A stretch of 64,000 bases of DNA from Utricularia gibba (GCA_002189035.1 CM007989.1:2046001-2110000), one strand, 5' to 3'. Numbered from the stretch's first letter, positions 35,218-49,219 are shown. Program-made: numbers and translations. Notes: generated from the letters alone by a model not told the origin.

Positions 35218-35810
35218 TTTTCACGGCTGAGAAGAAGCACCGACGAGGTCAGCTTCCTCTCCCACCTCCGATTATAAAACAGCTACAACCAAAATCAGAC
35301 AGGACAGGGCAGGGGCGTTGGGATGGGATAAGATCAATGCCCATTGGATGTTGATGGAATACCTGCTCATCTGGGTCCACTCGCATCCATGTCTGCCTCA
35401 TCAGACACGAAATAAATCTATCTTTAATGATGTAACTGAACAATACACAGTTTTCAGATGTCATAACACAAGAAAGAATGGGCTCAATATCTGCACTAAC
35501 CAAAATGAAGCCCCTCAAAATCTGCACACTCCAGCTGGCCTTTTGCAGCTCCATGTAGAGTTGCGACTTGTTTCGAACTTATCGATTTTAGTTGTGAATG
35601 GAATGGTTTTTTTGAAATATCGATTCATAAACTGAAATAAAAAACGTTAGAACCTAATTGAAATCAAATGATTTTTTTAAAGATTAATTATCAAACATTT
35701 ACATAAACTTTTTTAGAAGTTTTTTCGAGCTATAACATTTATTAAGAATATCTAAAAATAGTATTGAAAATAAAGAATATTTATTAATTAATCATATGAA
35801 TCGTTAAAAG

Positions 35811-35988
35811 CATCTTTAATGATTTTCGAAAATGATGACGTGACTTCTTTTATTGAATTTTCATGAGGAAACGGAATTTACTAAAAGTGATTTTCGCAGT
35901 ATAGAGTTTACTTAAATTAATTATTTTCATAAAAATAAAAATAATTTCTAAAAAGCTATATCAGCATTTTCGAAAATCATTAAAGATG
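35811..35988. mobile_element. MITE/foldback-like element with a perfect 24-bp inverted repeat
   Basis: CATCTTTAATGATTTTCGAAAATG (35811-35834) and its exact reverse complement (35965-35988) flank 130 bp of AT-rich DNA. No clear target-site duplication was seen. Confidence 0.55.
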
Positions 35989-36611
35989 TTTTAAGAATAT
36001 CTAAAAAACATATGGTTCATTTTAAATATTTTTTTAATCTATCCAAACGATTGTTAATAGTGGTTGGAACATATAAAAACAAAATCCATGGTTCAACTAT
36101 TTCAAACCGTTAGTTCCATAGATTACACAAGGTTAGAATTGTGGTTTCATGATTTCAAATATCTCAAATCGATCCGAAACCATGCTTTCTAAACCATACG
36201 GACACTTGTATTCTTGAGCCGAACCATAGGTTCCATTTCGAACCAATTACAACTCTACCTCCACGAACCTCACCGCATGCTGTTTGTGCATGAGATACCA
36301 GCTGCTGGGCTCATAGTCTACCAACTCTCACGATGTGATCACTAACTGGGCTGCACCTCTTGGGCCCATTCTTCCATCTGAGCCTCCAAGTGGTTCTCTG
36401 GATTGATGGCCCAAGCTAATGAATACGACAATTTAATATTTATGCAGAATGGTTTACAGAGAATGGAAGGAAGCGTGCCTGCTTCTCCTCATGACAAAAT
36501 ATATTTAATTCTTCAAAATAAACAGATTAGTAATATGGGGTATTAAATTTGATTTGTATCGCATGAAGTTTAATTTAATGATTCCATGCAAATATCTAAA
36601 ACGGAAGTGCA

Positions 36612-37855
36612 TCAGTTGCAAATGGTGAATCTGCAAGAAGAATGCGTGGTTTCGCCGGAGTTGGCCCTAAGGAATCGGAGAGCTGTTCGGAGAACTTGCA
36701 TTTTGGAGCCCATCAGCGCCAGATTCATGTCCTGGATGACTTCCACGGGTTGATATGGAAACCTGGTGCTGTCGTACGAGTTTAGGAGTGCAGTGATTCC
36801 TTCTCGGAGCAGAGTCCTGTAGGGGTCCCCTCTGTACTCCATCGCCTGAATCAGCGTCACCTCGCTCCCGTAGCTACGTGCCGCCGTCAACCCGAAAACC
36901 ACACCCACTTTTGTGTCCGGCGTCACCACCTTCCAATAGCATCTATGTTCCGGCATCATCCATTGCCTGCGACACCAATAATTTCTATTAATTTCTCAGA
37001 AAAGTAGAATTTTTGCAGTGTAAATGTCGAGCTTGCCGGAATGAGCACGCCGACTCTTCGAGAAATGGCAGCACCGGCGTTTTCGGGTCCCCCTGTGCGG
37101 GCGGTGAAATTGGGAATAGCGGTGGGAGAAAAGGGAATGGTGGTAAAGCGGGAAACCGGGGAATGGACGGCGATGGCGGAAGCTGAAACACCGGTGGGAA
37201 CTGGGGGAGTGGCGGTGAAGGGGGAAACTGTGGAAAAGGCGGAAGCTGAAACACAGGTGGGAAATGGGGAAGTGACGGAGAAGGGGGAAATTGTGGAAGA
37301 GGCGGAAGCTGAAACACGGGTGGCGAAACTGGCGCAGATCGTGGGCAGAACGACATGGGTTCCGCTGGCTGCGAGAGCAATGGATCTGTAGGTGTGTACA
37401 CATCAAATCCAAATATGTCAAACACGAGTCTCAGAGGTTTTGGTGTCCCCGCCGCCGCTGAACAGTCACCACTAAATCCTTCTCCTCCGCCGCCGGCGAC
37501 CTGAGCATAGCAGCTGCTCAAATCCGGTGTCCCATCAAATCGAATGGTATAACTTCCAAACCAATTCGTAATCTCTTCTCTGCGCACTTGAGACACCCCA
37601 TCACTACCTGGGCACACAATCTGCACCTTAACCCCTGCACCCCACAAGAAAAAAAGCTCAGATTTGTTTGCAACAGAATGTGATGTCGAAACAGTGGATT
37701 CAAGAATCTTTACCGTGTACAGGGAAATCAAAGAGGGATATCTTCCCATCTTTGCATTGATCGCAGAACACAGTTCCAGAAACGGTTGTGTATCCATGAA
37801 GAGAATCAACAGCAGTAGCCAGGAGAAAGGCTGATAGCCACAACCAACACCCCAT
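36612..37855 (-). CDS. Secreted Ole e 1-domain / proline-rich protein with a PDF1-like C-terminal domain
   Basis: Signal peptide MGCWLWLSAFLLATAVDS, then VSGTVFCDQCKDG, TNWFGSYTIRFDG, Pro-rich repeats and CYWKVVTPDTKVGVVFG...RTLLREGITALLNSY. Exons 37855-37714, 37634-37037 and 36966-36612; intron 2 is GC-AG. Confidence 0.88.
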
Positions 37856-38852
37856 GAAGTTTGTTTCAGTTACTGATGGCCAAAAAGAACGATAAATGGG
37901 AATTGTCTGTAAAGAGAGTTGAATGTGACAATGAACGTGAACAAGAGCTTTTAATAAGGTGGAAACGGGAAGGCAAGTACAGGACGGTGCTGCTGCAACT
38001 TAACTCTCAACTATCACAACTTAAATGCTGCTCTTAAAATCAAAGAATTTCATTTTGAATTTAGGGTGTCGGCTACTGACTCTGTTACAAGAATGAGCAG
38101 AGGAATTTTTTTCCTTTCTTTTTACTTTGATTTCCGTTCACACACAACTGGTTCATCTGTCTTTGGATGCTCTTAAATGGCACATGAATTTTCAAGGACA
38201 GGGTAAAACGTAAATGATTGTACAGTCTAAGAAGAGGCCGTGTTTCCCTTAAACGCACACCATCTCTGTGGTGCAGCACAGATGTGGAAACAATACGACC
38301 ACAAAACGCAGAAGCACAGATGGGATGTAACGAGAGACCTGATATGGGTGGAGGACACGCTGGGAGGCAATCTGGCAGCGGAGGGTCATTTTTACTCAGC
38401 AACACAAGACCTAACAACATTTGCATATGTGACTTTAATGATGCAAAAAATTACTGAAGAACACAAGGGGCTCAAACCAAAGGTCTAAGATCTGTCACAG
38501 TAGCGTACGTGAATGCCGGCGTTCAATACTAGAAAAAACAAACTAGAGATTATCAACAGTACTGAGATTTGAGAAGCACAAGTAATCAACTATAGTTTTT
38601 TCAAGAATGGCTGTCACATATGGGATATGACGCAAGATAATCGACTAAAATGGAAGAATAAGGCGCAAATACAAAGCAGCATAACAAGTATACCAATGGG
38701 GATCTACCAAAAACGCTAACAGTAACACCCTAAGGCGTTTAGACATGTGGAAGTGAAAAAAAGGATTAAAAATAAGTTTCAATATTTCAAATGATCAAAT
38801 CTTCACGAAAACTGCAGCTCCAGGCGTCACATTTCAGTAGCACAGCAGCCTT

Positions 38853-40358
38853 TTAAGCGTTCTCTTTCTCTCTGATCTCAGCATACCCATTTTCAGATCC
38901 ACCAGCACTCCTATAAAAGGCAATTTAAGAAGTGTAAACGCAAGTAATAGTGCAGCAAGAGAAAGCTTCAACTGCCAAAAAGAAAGCACATCATGGAAAT
39001 ATAATACAGAAACAACAGAATGCAAATACCCAGGTTGTCCTGCACAGCTTCCCACTAAAGCCATGGGCATTCCACTTACTAAAAAGTTGCAAATTTGGAG
39101 TGGCACAGTCCATGCTCATCAAGGAAAACGAAAATAGCGTAAACCTAAAAATCTGTTTTTCATGTATACAGAACTACCCGTAGTTCTTGCAAAGATAAAA
39201 CTCTAAGCCGAAACTAAGAGTTTCAAGCTGTGTACATACCTATGGGGGCGAGAATCAACTGATTGTGGTCTTCTCCATGCATTCTCAACCTTATCTTCGA
39301 CTAAGCGATTTCGACTCCAAAAGTTTTTCTTCCCAACTGAAGGAACTTCAGTAGAACCTAGAGAAGCCACCTCCTTCAACTTCATCGAGTCAAGCTTTTC
39401 ATCAATCTCCTTCCAATCCTGTCCCTTCTCTTTGAGAACATCCTCTCTTGGCCTAGCATCACCAAATGGATTATTTCCCTTCCGCTTAACTGGATTAGCA
39501 ATTTCAGAGTTTTGCTCTTCGCCCAATGGCAGAGTTCGGGGCTGCAAATTCAGTCTTGGCCTAGTACCAGTATTCACCTCCTCTGTTTTCTTGAACCAGC
39601 TCTGAGAATCTGCTTCATTAGAAACCAAACCCACTCTTCTCTCCCTCAAGGTATCAAATCCTCCACCTACGACTCTTCTCGCTTCCTCCCCCTTCGTCCT
39701 CCCCCAATTATCGGAATCCGCACCGCCATTCCTGGATTCAAACCCGAACCCCACTCTTCTCTCATTTCTGCGAGGCTCAGAGGGAACAAAGCTTTTATTC
39801 ATTGCCCAGTTATCAACATCATCTGCTCGTGACTGCGAATCCCTGGGAAAACCCCCTCTTTCCCTCCTTTCAGGCCCATTATCGAAAAAAGATGACTTCT
39901 TTCCCGATGCCCAACTATCAGACTCATCAGCCCTCGATGGCGTGAATTCACCATTAGTGTCCCTGTTAAAACCTCCCTGTCGTCGGGGCTGTTCATCCCT
40001 CATGCCGTAGTTTCTGAATCCGCTTCCAAGCCGATTCCGATCAAGCTCCTCCGCAGTGCGCTGACGGGGCCCGTGGGCAGAATCAAAAGTTCATCGGTCG
40101 TCAAACCCTTGGTCTGAAACTCCGCCGTCTTGGGAGCCCCATATGTATTGAATTCCTGAATAGATATCGACTGCGGCTTTTTCTTCTTCTTGGCCTTGGC
40201 GGCGGTGGCTACAGAGAGCGAGGGAAAATCAGCGGCGTCCCCGTCATTATCCACCGCCCCCCTCCACTACTAAGTTGTTCCCGGAGTTCCGCCTCATTCT
40301 CCTCAGAATCCATTGCCCACGCTCCCGGCTTGCCCCACGCGCTCACAGTCGACGCCAT
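38853..40358 (-). CDS. eIF4B3: Plant eIF4B (eIF4B3-like), two apparent -1 frameshifts
   Basis: Motifs SAWGKPGAWAMDSEE, DFPSL, LPTGP(RQRTAEELDRNRLG), RPRLNLQPRTLP and NPFGDARPREDVLKEKGQDWKEIDEK. Exons 40358-39241 and 38910-38853. Shifts lie in the C6 run near 40257-40262 and the G4 run near 40066-40069. Confidence 0.87.
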
Positions 40359-41057
40359 CTCCGTCAATCCGCGCCCTCTCCCTTGTTCGCGATCGGACTT
40401 TTCCGTGCCGTGCACAAGAAAGACGAATAGAAATGTGATTCAGACGGGCGGCCCTAATTCCATCACTCGCAACAAGTTCCCTCTTTTTTTATTATTTTTT
40501 TATTGGGCATGAAATTCCGGTATTGGCGTGTTACTGTTGCATTTACCAAATCATGCATCTGATTTCCTTTTCCAACAAGAAATTCAATTCAACCGTCTTT
40601 CAGTTGTTGAGCAAAAACCCATTTGGTTATGTCACTTGTTTTGAAGGAGTTCAATCCCATACAAGAAATACCTTCCAGACACAACCATCCTCTTTACAGC
40701 AGCCGGTACGAACATAATTAGAGCTTATGGTAATTCTCTGATATAAAAAAAATGTAAATAAAAAAATATATGTTTTCTCCCTTCCGATATTCCCCTCCAT
40801 ACTCTTTTTGTTTTTTGTATTTCAAATTATCATAAAGATTCAATTTTTAAGTATCATTTTGTTTATATGTTTTTAATAGTGAGTTTTGTAGTATCACATA
40901 TGTGTGTATGCATACCTTGGTCTTGACCAAATTAATCAAAATTATATATAAATGCATCCTTCATTAGCTAACACAGGTAAATATCATGGGTGACAATTTT
41001 TAAGTATTCGTTCTCCTCAAACCCAAGAAAACACATGGAATATGCAGAGGCCGTCGA

Positions 41058-41109
41058 TGGGCCAATACTTAGCCCAATTATTCGCCTGAAGCCCATATAT
41101 ATCGGCCCA
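41058..41109. promoter_or_regulatory. Site II cluster (four TGGGCY/RGCCCA motifs)
   Basis: Motifs at 41058, 41071, 41090 and 41104, about 0.7 kb upstream of the eIF4B ATG. Confidence 0.45.
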
Positions 41110-42997
41110 GTACATAAATGGTCCATCAGTAAGGAACGGTCTTTTTCTATGACGATTATTTCGTAATTTTACTTATTTGTGATGATTTTCACTTTTTGAC
41201 GTAAAGTAATAATTTTAAAACATATATATCAAAGTTCAAATAAAATATTGGGAGGAAATGTATAATTATGTATAAATACAAGGGAAAAAATTTTTTTTAA
41301 AAAAAGAAAGGATATACATTGAAATTGAATGAAAGTAATCAGAGGGAATAATGTGTATGTATTTCTATTGATGCTAATCACAGTAATGTAAAGGATAATA
41401 AAGAATTAGAAATTATGACATATAGAACTTGAATATATATATTGTTGTTATGATCCACATTTAACTTATACAATATTGTTTATTTCATATATTTAATACT
41501 CGCAGTTTTATGTTATCTTTTTTTAAGAAAAATAAATCATACAAAATTATGAATATCTCTTTATTCAAAATAGTTCATAATAAGTACAGAATATCATTAT
41601 TAGGTATTTGGCCTTATATTAACAAACTCTCATCTAATCTCAATCTGCATATTTTGTTTTTAACAAATTTAATCTTTATTTGGTTGTAAACGTGAGTATT
41701 TTTCAGTTTATTTAAAATGAGAAGCTATTTTAAATTAATATTATTTTAGAATAGAAATTGTCCTGTAAATATTTTAAAAAAAAAAATAGACACTGTTCCT
41801 ACCAAATAAAACATAATATCCGATGATATAGCTGTCAGAACCAAGTAGCGAGCGAGGAGAGTGATGAGTGGTGGGTGCTGGCGGGTGGGCGCAGTTGTAG
41901 GGTCTTGTGCTTCTGAAACAGCGCGACGAGGCACCAACTCGGCATCCCGGGCTTGCGTTGCGGGTGGGCATTCAATCAAAACACTCCAACCAATGCCACC
42001 ATTCGTTGTCTCCTGGCTCTGATTGGTCGTCCCATACGATGATGCAATCAAATACTAGTGTTATCGCAGACAAAGTTATTAGAAGAAATAATTACACATT
42101 CAAATTTAAAATTTAAATATTCAAATATATAATAAATTATAAATTATTAATAATATTTTAGATTTCATATTTTTTAATGTAATTCATATTTATTATGTAT
42201 TTAAGTTTCATCTGTATTCTTTTAATACATCTAATCTTTCATTTTAATAAAGTCATATTTATGTTATAACAATAATGTATGCCCACATGGGGCTTAATGA
42301 TAATGAAAATATTATGTATCCTAATCAATCATTAAATAACAATTTTCACAAAATAGATTCATATTTTTTTTTCAAATCATTCAATATATTCCAAATCGTC
42401 GGCATCTACAAGTTTTCAATTCAATTATCTATTATAAATACTTAAATAATATTATTATGCATAAATACAATTATAAAAAATTTTAACTAATATGTAATAT
42501 TTTAAATAATACTTGTTTATAAATACATTTATATGTTTTTCAAATCATTTATTTTTTACCTCACATATATACAAGTTCATCATGAATAGAAATCTCCTTA
42601 TTTATCTATACAAATCCAAAATAAGGCATATGCTAACTCTAATTGTTTGAAATGGTTTCACTTCATGAGATTAGAATTACATCTAAAATCTGGATCGAAC
42701 TCGAAATTAGATTCGATTCAGTAATTTGTATAAAAAAATTAAAAAAAAATCATGAAGTTTAGAAATATTAAATATAGTTTTTACTTTTTGCAATATATTG
42801 GATTCAATTCAAATTCGTTGTAAAAAAAAAAAAAAATCAACCCAAAATGATGAAATCGATTTTTAAAACAAGTATATCACAATTGTATTGCACTTCCAGG
42901 GTATTGCACAGTGGATTGTGCATGAAATCTCAAGTTAGGTGTATGAGGATGCGGATCTGAGCTACAAAACTACTCTACGTGGGGGGTGTGGGAGTCA

Positions 42998-43264
42998 TCA
43001 TCTGAGATGAGAGATCATCTCTGTGAACAAACTCTCGCTGCAGGGAATCGTAAGGCCACGGGATGGATGCTCGAACCCGAACTCTTCCTCAGCTAGAATC
43101 AGCAACTCTTTGAAAGATGGATGCTTGAGGTACGATACTGGAATGACGAACCTCTTCTTTTCGCTCTCGAACTCGCCGACGTAAACCACAAAGTGGCCTC
43201 TGGGAACGTCGTTCCACCGCTTTTCTCCAGAAAGTGATCGCTTGATCATTTTCCCGATAGCCAT
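42998..43264 (-). CDS. SAUR: Small auxin-up RNA (SAUR) protein 1
   Basis: Intronless. [51 protein letters not shown] near 43349 and an AuxRE (TGTCTC on the minus strand) at 43380-43385. Confidence 0.93.
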   Translation of the reverse strand: MAIGKMIKRSLSGEKRWNDVPRGHFVVYVGEFESEKKRFVIPVSYLKHPSFKELLILAEEEFGFEHPSRGLTIPCSESLFTEMISHLR

Positions 43265-45293
43265 TCTCACCACGAGTGAGCTCCTGAGGGGAGATCAGGT
43301 TCCTGGAATACTTGGTTGTCGATGTTTTCTGAAGAAGGGTTATGTGTGTATATATACTACGATCGGCAGCGCAGGCAAGGAGACAATGCCTGTACGAGCC
43401 ATGACAGCATGTCATGTGCGCGTGGTTGGAGTTCAATGATTGTAGAGCAGGAGGACCCCTCCATATGCCGAAACACTTGCATTGCATTATTGAGAAACAT
43501 GGCTCGGAACGACCCAACAAGCATTCAAGTTCGTTAGATGGAGGATTGAACCGGAAGGACATAAATTCGGTGAAGCGACGTGCAATTGAGGGAGAACATG
43601 GCGATGGGTGGAAGTAATTGTGGAACAGACATTGAAGGGACCAATTTGCTCTACAAAAATTGATGGTATCACGTGAATTGTCTTGTCAGCATTCAAGTAT
43701 CGTGGGCTCTCTTTGATTAGTTCAAAACAGGTCTTAATTTGTAAACATCGCAGAGCAGGCTCACAAATGAATGGAACCCGACGTGCGACCTCTGCTTGCC
43801 ACTGAAATATCTATCTCACATTAGACAACAAAAACAGTAGATCATTGCAGTATGGATGGAAACAGCATAATGTTACAGATGATGCAGCAGTTTTTTGTTT
43901 GTTTGAAAAAAAACGTTTATTAATGCACAAGTGTTTGTAGGGATATACCCGATAATGCATTATATTGGAATGAGTCCATGTAAGAGAAGATAGCTGGTTT
44001 TACAGGTGTTACTACACCCAAGCCTGTTCACCTTGTGCCTTTCCAAAATCAGGTTTCAAAAAGGCAACTTTTTTTAGGTTGTGTTAGAGCTGACTGTTTA
44101 CCATCCAGAGCTGATCGAGTTGGCACATAGAACCCCAGTTTCAAGACTTCCTTGTGTGCCAATGATATGGAAAATAGCTTAGATGGACTCCTTAAAAGGC
44201 AGTGATTATTTTGGAATTAAAAACTCGAAGATATCAGCATCAGACACATTTCAATAATAATTGGAAGAGAGCGACTAGATCAGCCAGCATCACCCTGTTT
44301 GTCCTACCTTGAGGGAGTTTGTTGCTAGGATTACGGTCTGCACGTTACTTTTGCTGTTTTCCTTATTTACTAGTATTTTTCTAAAAGTTTCAGTGTTGCT
44401 GTAATAGAGCAAGTGAATTTTTCAGCAGAGAATTTCATTCTCAAATTTGCTGTCCAAAAAGCAGTACACTCTGCACATTTTTCTCCGTCCTGATCCACAT
44501 AGCTACACTTGAGAGTTGCTTCCAATGTTGAGCATCTGCCACACAAATTGCAATATATAAAGTGAATTGCATGTTGATATGTTTTTTTCCTCCAAGTTGG
44601 ATATGATTTTTGGCTACTTGAGTTGGTGCTTTTTTTTTTTCAAACCAAGAGCATAATCCATGCCGAGTGAGTAAGAAAAAACAAAAAACGAAACATGGAC
44701 TCAACGGGTCCATCGTGATTCATGCAAAAGCCCGTCGTGTGGGCATTTATGATCCATTTGTGTGTAAGTGAAAAGTTAGGCCACTGCATGCCCTACAACT
44801 CTGGCCGCTCATCTCCTCAAGGATCCATTAAACAACATGCAGGGCTCTGGCCTCAGTCTCCTGTCCAGTGCATCAGAGTGTGTCAGAGTAGTGAAAGGAG
44901 GATGCCATAATTTTACACGATTGTGCTTGCGCTTGTGAATAAAATTCATTGGCATTACAGTATGTCAGAGACTATTCCAAAGCTTGTGCTTGTGAATACA
45001 CTGAATTTGAATGTGAAAGTTTTAAAGGAGAACAGATGATGTGAATGTTTGGCATCTAAACTTCAAGATTATCAGTAGGGTTGCCAGATGAACAGAAAAA
45101 TAATATCGTTGCAAGATATGGATTTGGAATTGTGAGATAAAGGGAATAACTTTCAGTTTTTGAGAAGGAATTATGATGAAGAAAAGGTATCATTTCATAA
45201 GCCATTGCTGTGAGCCGTTTTTACAACAAGGATATCTAAACTCCTGACTAAAAGAAAAAGCTATGATCTTCCAATACAGCGCATGGGGATGTC

Positions 45294-45563
45294 TTATAAT
45301 CCGCCCAAGCGTGATGTTACTGAAAGAAAGTAGTCATAACTACAAGGAATTGTGAGGCCACCCATCGGATGATCGAATTCGTATTCTTCTTCAACTTGAA
45401 GCAAAAGCTCCTGAAACAAAGGTTGATTCAAATGCCATACAGGAATCACAACCCGTTTCTTCTCATTCTCACCCACGTACACCGCAAGATGTCCCTTGGG
45501 AACTTCAGATGGGGATCTCCTTTTACCAGAGAAAGATCTTCTGAGCATTTGGCGGATGGCCAT
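45294..45563 (-). CDS. SAUR: SAUR protein 2
   Basis: [50 protein letters not shown]. Confidence 0.93.
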   Translation of the reverse strand: MAIRQMLRRSFSGKRRSPSEVPKGHLAVYVGENEKKRVVIPVWHLNQPLFQELLLQVEEEYEFDHPMGGLTIPCSYDYFLSVTSRLGGL

Positions 45564-46467
45564 GGAGTTGGGAAACTAGAGCTTTGAAAGGGGGTTACAA
45601 GAAAGAGGAATCTCCCAAGCTGTGGTGATTTGGAAATGGGAAATCTCTGCGTGTTATATACAGAGACGCGTAAACGCGGGGTGTAAGGAATTTGGTCTGT
45701 GAAGTTAATATGCTGATGATGGGTAGTTGAAGGATTGGTACAGAATCACATGAATGCACATGCACTTGTCCGTATCGAAAATTCATTTAGTGGTTAGGAA
45801 ATCGACAACAAAGGCCCCCACCCCCACATTTGCATTGTCCTGCCCACTCCCAACTTGACCGCTCCCTGTCCCATTTGCCGGTGTAACAGCCCTTCTACAC
45901 TTCCTTACTGAAGCCTTCATTTCATTTGCTTAGTTCTGATTTCTGGAGCAGAGAAGATAATGCATTTGTATCCAAAACAGTTTCTTGGATCTCTCACTTT
46001 GCTTACTTTTCATTGCGGAACACAATGAAATCTAAAGTAAATTGGAGATCTGACATCGAGCACGTTCCACTCGTACAGATTTGTACCCTGTGTATTAATT
46101 GACAGTAGAAAAAGGGTTGCATTGCTCGTGTTGTGGTACCACAAGGTACAGTACTCCTTGACCCCATGTGGTTTTTAATGAGAATGCAGATGAAGGTGGG
46201 ATACCACGGTGAAAACTGGTTGAGTTGAAACCTTGAAATTCACTGTTGTAAGTTTTACTCGCCACCACAGACATCGGGACACCCACAAACCCTCTTATTC
46301 TCTAGAGGACATGGTTCCTCTCTCAAGCTTCCATTCGGGCAGCAGAGAATGCCATACATGTTTCCTCTCTTAAGTTTTCAGGCAGTCGTGGATACAAGGA
46401 CAAAGAAAACAACAGACAGATTACAGATGATCTTCAGCGGGTAGCTGCATTACAACCAAGGAAGAGA

Positions 46468-46599
46468 TCTTGGGATGATCCGGTCCATATTCTTCTTTGA
46501 CTTGCTGCAACAACTCTTGAAATGAGATCACTAAGATGATGGATGGAGATCTCCCCTCAGGCTACTGCAGATCTGCTAAGCATGTGAGGGAGTAGCCAT
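46468..46599 (-). pseudogene. SAUR remnant
   Basis: ATGGCTACTCCCTCACATGCTTAGCAGATCT aligns to the 5' end of SAUR2 (ATGGCCATCCGCCAAATGCTCAGAAGATCT). It is followed by FQELLQQVKEEYGPDHPK; the VPKGH..VYVG segment is deleted and there is an early stop. Confidence 0.7.
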
Positions 46600-49219
46600 G
46601 GCACATCAGTTGGTGATATGATGGATGGGCAGTTGAAAAAATAGGACAGAAGCACATGTATGATCACATGCGCGTTTGCCTTTTTCTACAATCCTAATTT
46701 GACTGGAAATCCAGCAAAATGTCCCCTACATCCTCCCCTGGCCCCCTTTCAGACCCCGCACCTTCTCGTACAATTAAATAACTTCCCGATGTATCCCTCA
46801 ACTCCACTTATCACCAACTAACAAAAGTATGAACTCCCGTATACGCAGTTCGTGATAACTGTACAAACGAAGAAGGAGAAGTGGAAAAAACGATAGTCTT
46901 TCCATTGTACAAAATATTTTCTAAACTAACGTCACAATCTAAGCCTATCAACAAGCTAATTAACTCTATCTATGAAAATACAATAACCCCGTAAATTCCT
47001 TGCGATTATTAAACTCAATGTTGGTGATAAAATTTACGCATTGAGTTGTTTCCCATATTCACAACATTACAATTATAAATTCAGGATGTGATGTCCAAAG
47101 ATTTTTGAACAAGTAGTTGGACTTGTATTCATAGCGACAGTGTGCATTAACAAATAATTTTATACTTTTGTTGGTTCTCTTACTAACAAACCCTGTAAAC
47201 TTAGATTCTCTAGTATTTTATTGGAACTTTATGATATTATTTGTGATCTTTGACCTCACTTATTAGAGTATCTTTACCAATTTTTGGAAATTGAGTTATT
47301 GAATTTACTTTATCAAATTTACTTTTTATTTATTTATTTTTTAAAATCATAATATTAAAATAATTTAAAGTTACTCTGATTTTAAACCATTTTTCGAAAA
47401 AAAAACTATATTTTCTCATTTTAGTTTTATAAAGAAAAAAAGTACATTTATCGATCTCCGAAAATCTTTACCCTATTTCCGAAAATGCCAACATTTTCGA
47501 AAATGGGTTAAAATGTTCTTACTTGATTTCTTGGGTAAAATGTTTTGATTAAAATGTTCTTAATTGAAAATGGGTTGAACATATAGTTTGGTATGTTTGA
47601 TTCGAAAATAAAGTTGAATCAACTATATGTGATTTCATCTGTTATGTGTGAGGAATGCATGGTATGTGTAGAATTAGTTTGGCATGTTTTGATTGAATGC
47701 AAGAGTTGTTTTGGAATAGATTGGAAAGATGGTATGATGGTAGGTTACGCACTCAAGAGAATCAATATAAGAATTATAAGTGATCACATGTTCTTCTTAC
47801 ACAAAGAATGATAACGAAATTAACGAACTCAAGCCTCCAGTAGACACGCACTGCGATTTCTAGGTTTTCCCGATGGCAGCATTACGATCAGATTAGGGCT
47901 GCCGGAATGAAAGATAGAAGAACACATCTATGTCGCAGAGCCTTGGAGGGACCCGAAAGATTTGGAGAGAAGCCGATGTTTTCTTGCGCGATATTGACAT
48001 GGGAACAGGGGAGGGCTTGAGCAATTACTTTTGGTTCTTGGAAAGAATCCCTAGCTCGGCGCAATGGCATTGACGATCAGGGACCCTGTGGGCAGTCAGT
48101 GGAGATGGGTTCGGGATGAAGGAAGTTTGGTGGGAGAGACTAAGACTGAAGGGGGACTGGAGCGATCGGAGATGAAGTATTGGCATCGAAGAAGACGGCG
48201 ACTTGGAGCCTGGAGGATGGAAACATATTTGAAATATTCTCCGTGATCTCTATGAAATAGTAAAGCCGTATATGTTCTCAGACTACGCATTGGTATTGAT
48301 CTCTCTATTTTTATGCGTCTTACAGAATGGGGGTGGCTGCTATAACTTGGACCTTGCTTCTCCACTTGGTCCTTTTTACATGGCGAGAAACAGCGGTAAG
48401 CCCACTTCACAAGTTGCAGAGTTTCACGTCTTACTTGAGAGATTTGAGCCATGAAGATGAACAAGACCATGGAGAATAACTAATCATTTGTTTTTCCAAG
48501 GGGCGAGGAGGAAACCACTCATCACTAGGGGCCACATGTTCCCAAAACCAGTTTGTGGGCAGTTGATATTTTGAATCATGCACAGGTGTTCCAACTTCCA
48601 ATCAATGTTAAAGTGCAACCAACATGTGGTTGTTGAAATCTTTCTATCATTAATTATCTTGTGCTTGATAGATGTTCCCAGAAACATATGTTCAAATGTT
48701 TGAATCATTTTTGTGACATCAACAGCAAAAGCAATAAATAACTAATCATCACAACACGAACACAAGGTGATGTTAGAAGTTTTTTGTATAAATGGGAGTA
48801 AACCGCCACGACACGAATCCTATTCCCTGCTAAAAGAATATGTGAAATCACACCCCCGACAATTGAGAAGCACAGGCTCCCATCTTGTACTGAAAGGGAC
48901 TGTACGAGCACTTTTTGCATTCAATGTGGAGACAAAGAACTGAACTTGAATCATATTCTGATATGATATTAAAATTGAAACCAGGGGCTTCTACTGGATG
49001 CGCAAATAGAATTGCAGTCTCCACATTGTATGCAGATGAGTTTGCATGTGAGTGATGTTGTTAGAAGGGTGCGTATTCATTGTTCCATGGACCCCTTACT
49101 GTCTAAAGCACTCCAAGCATGCATTATATAGACAAGACGTAACTCAGATCTCATTTTCCATCGTGCTCTCAATCTCAGCTGCCAAGAAACTCAAGTGTTC
49201 TGAGTTCAGCTTCAACTAA

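Noticed and set aside
30245-40262. Programmed ribosomal frameshifting or stop read-through in the ERD7-like and eIF4B genes
   Set aside because: No slippery heptamer or downstream structure was seen, and the same homopolymer pattern in four unrelated genes is better explained by consensus error.
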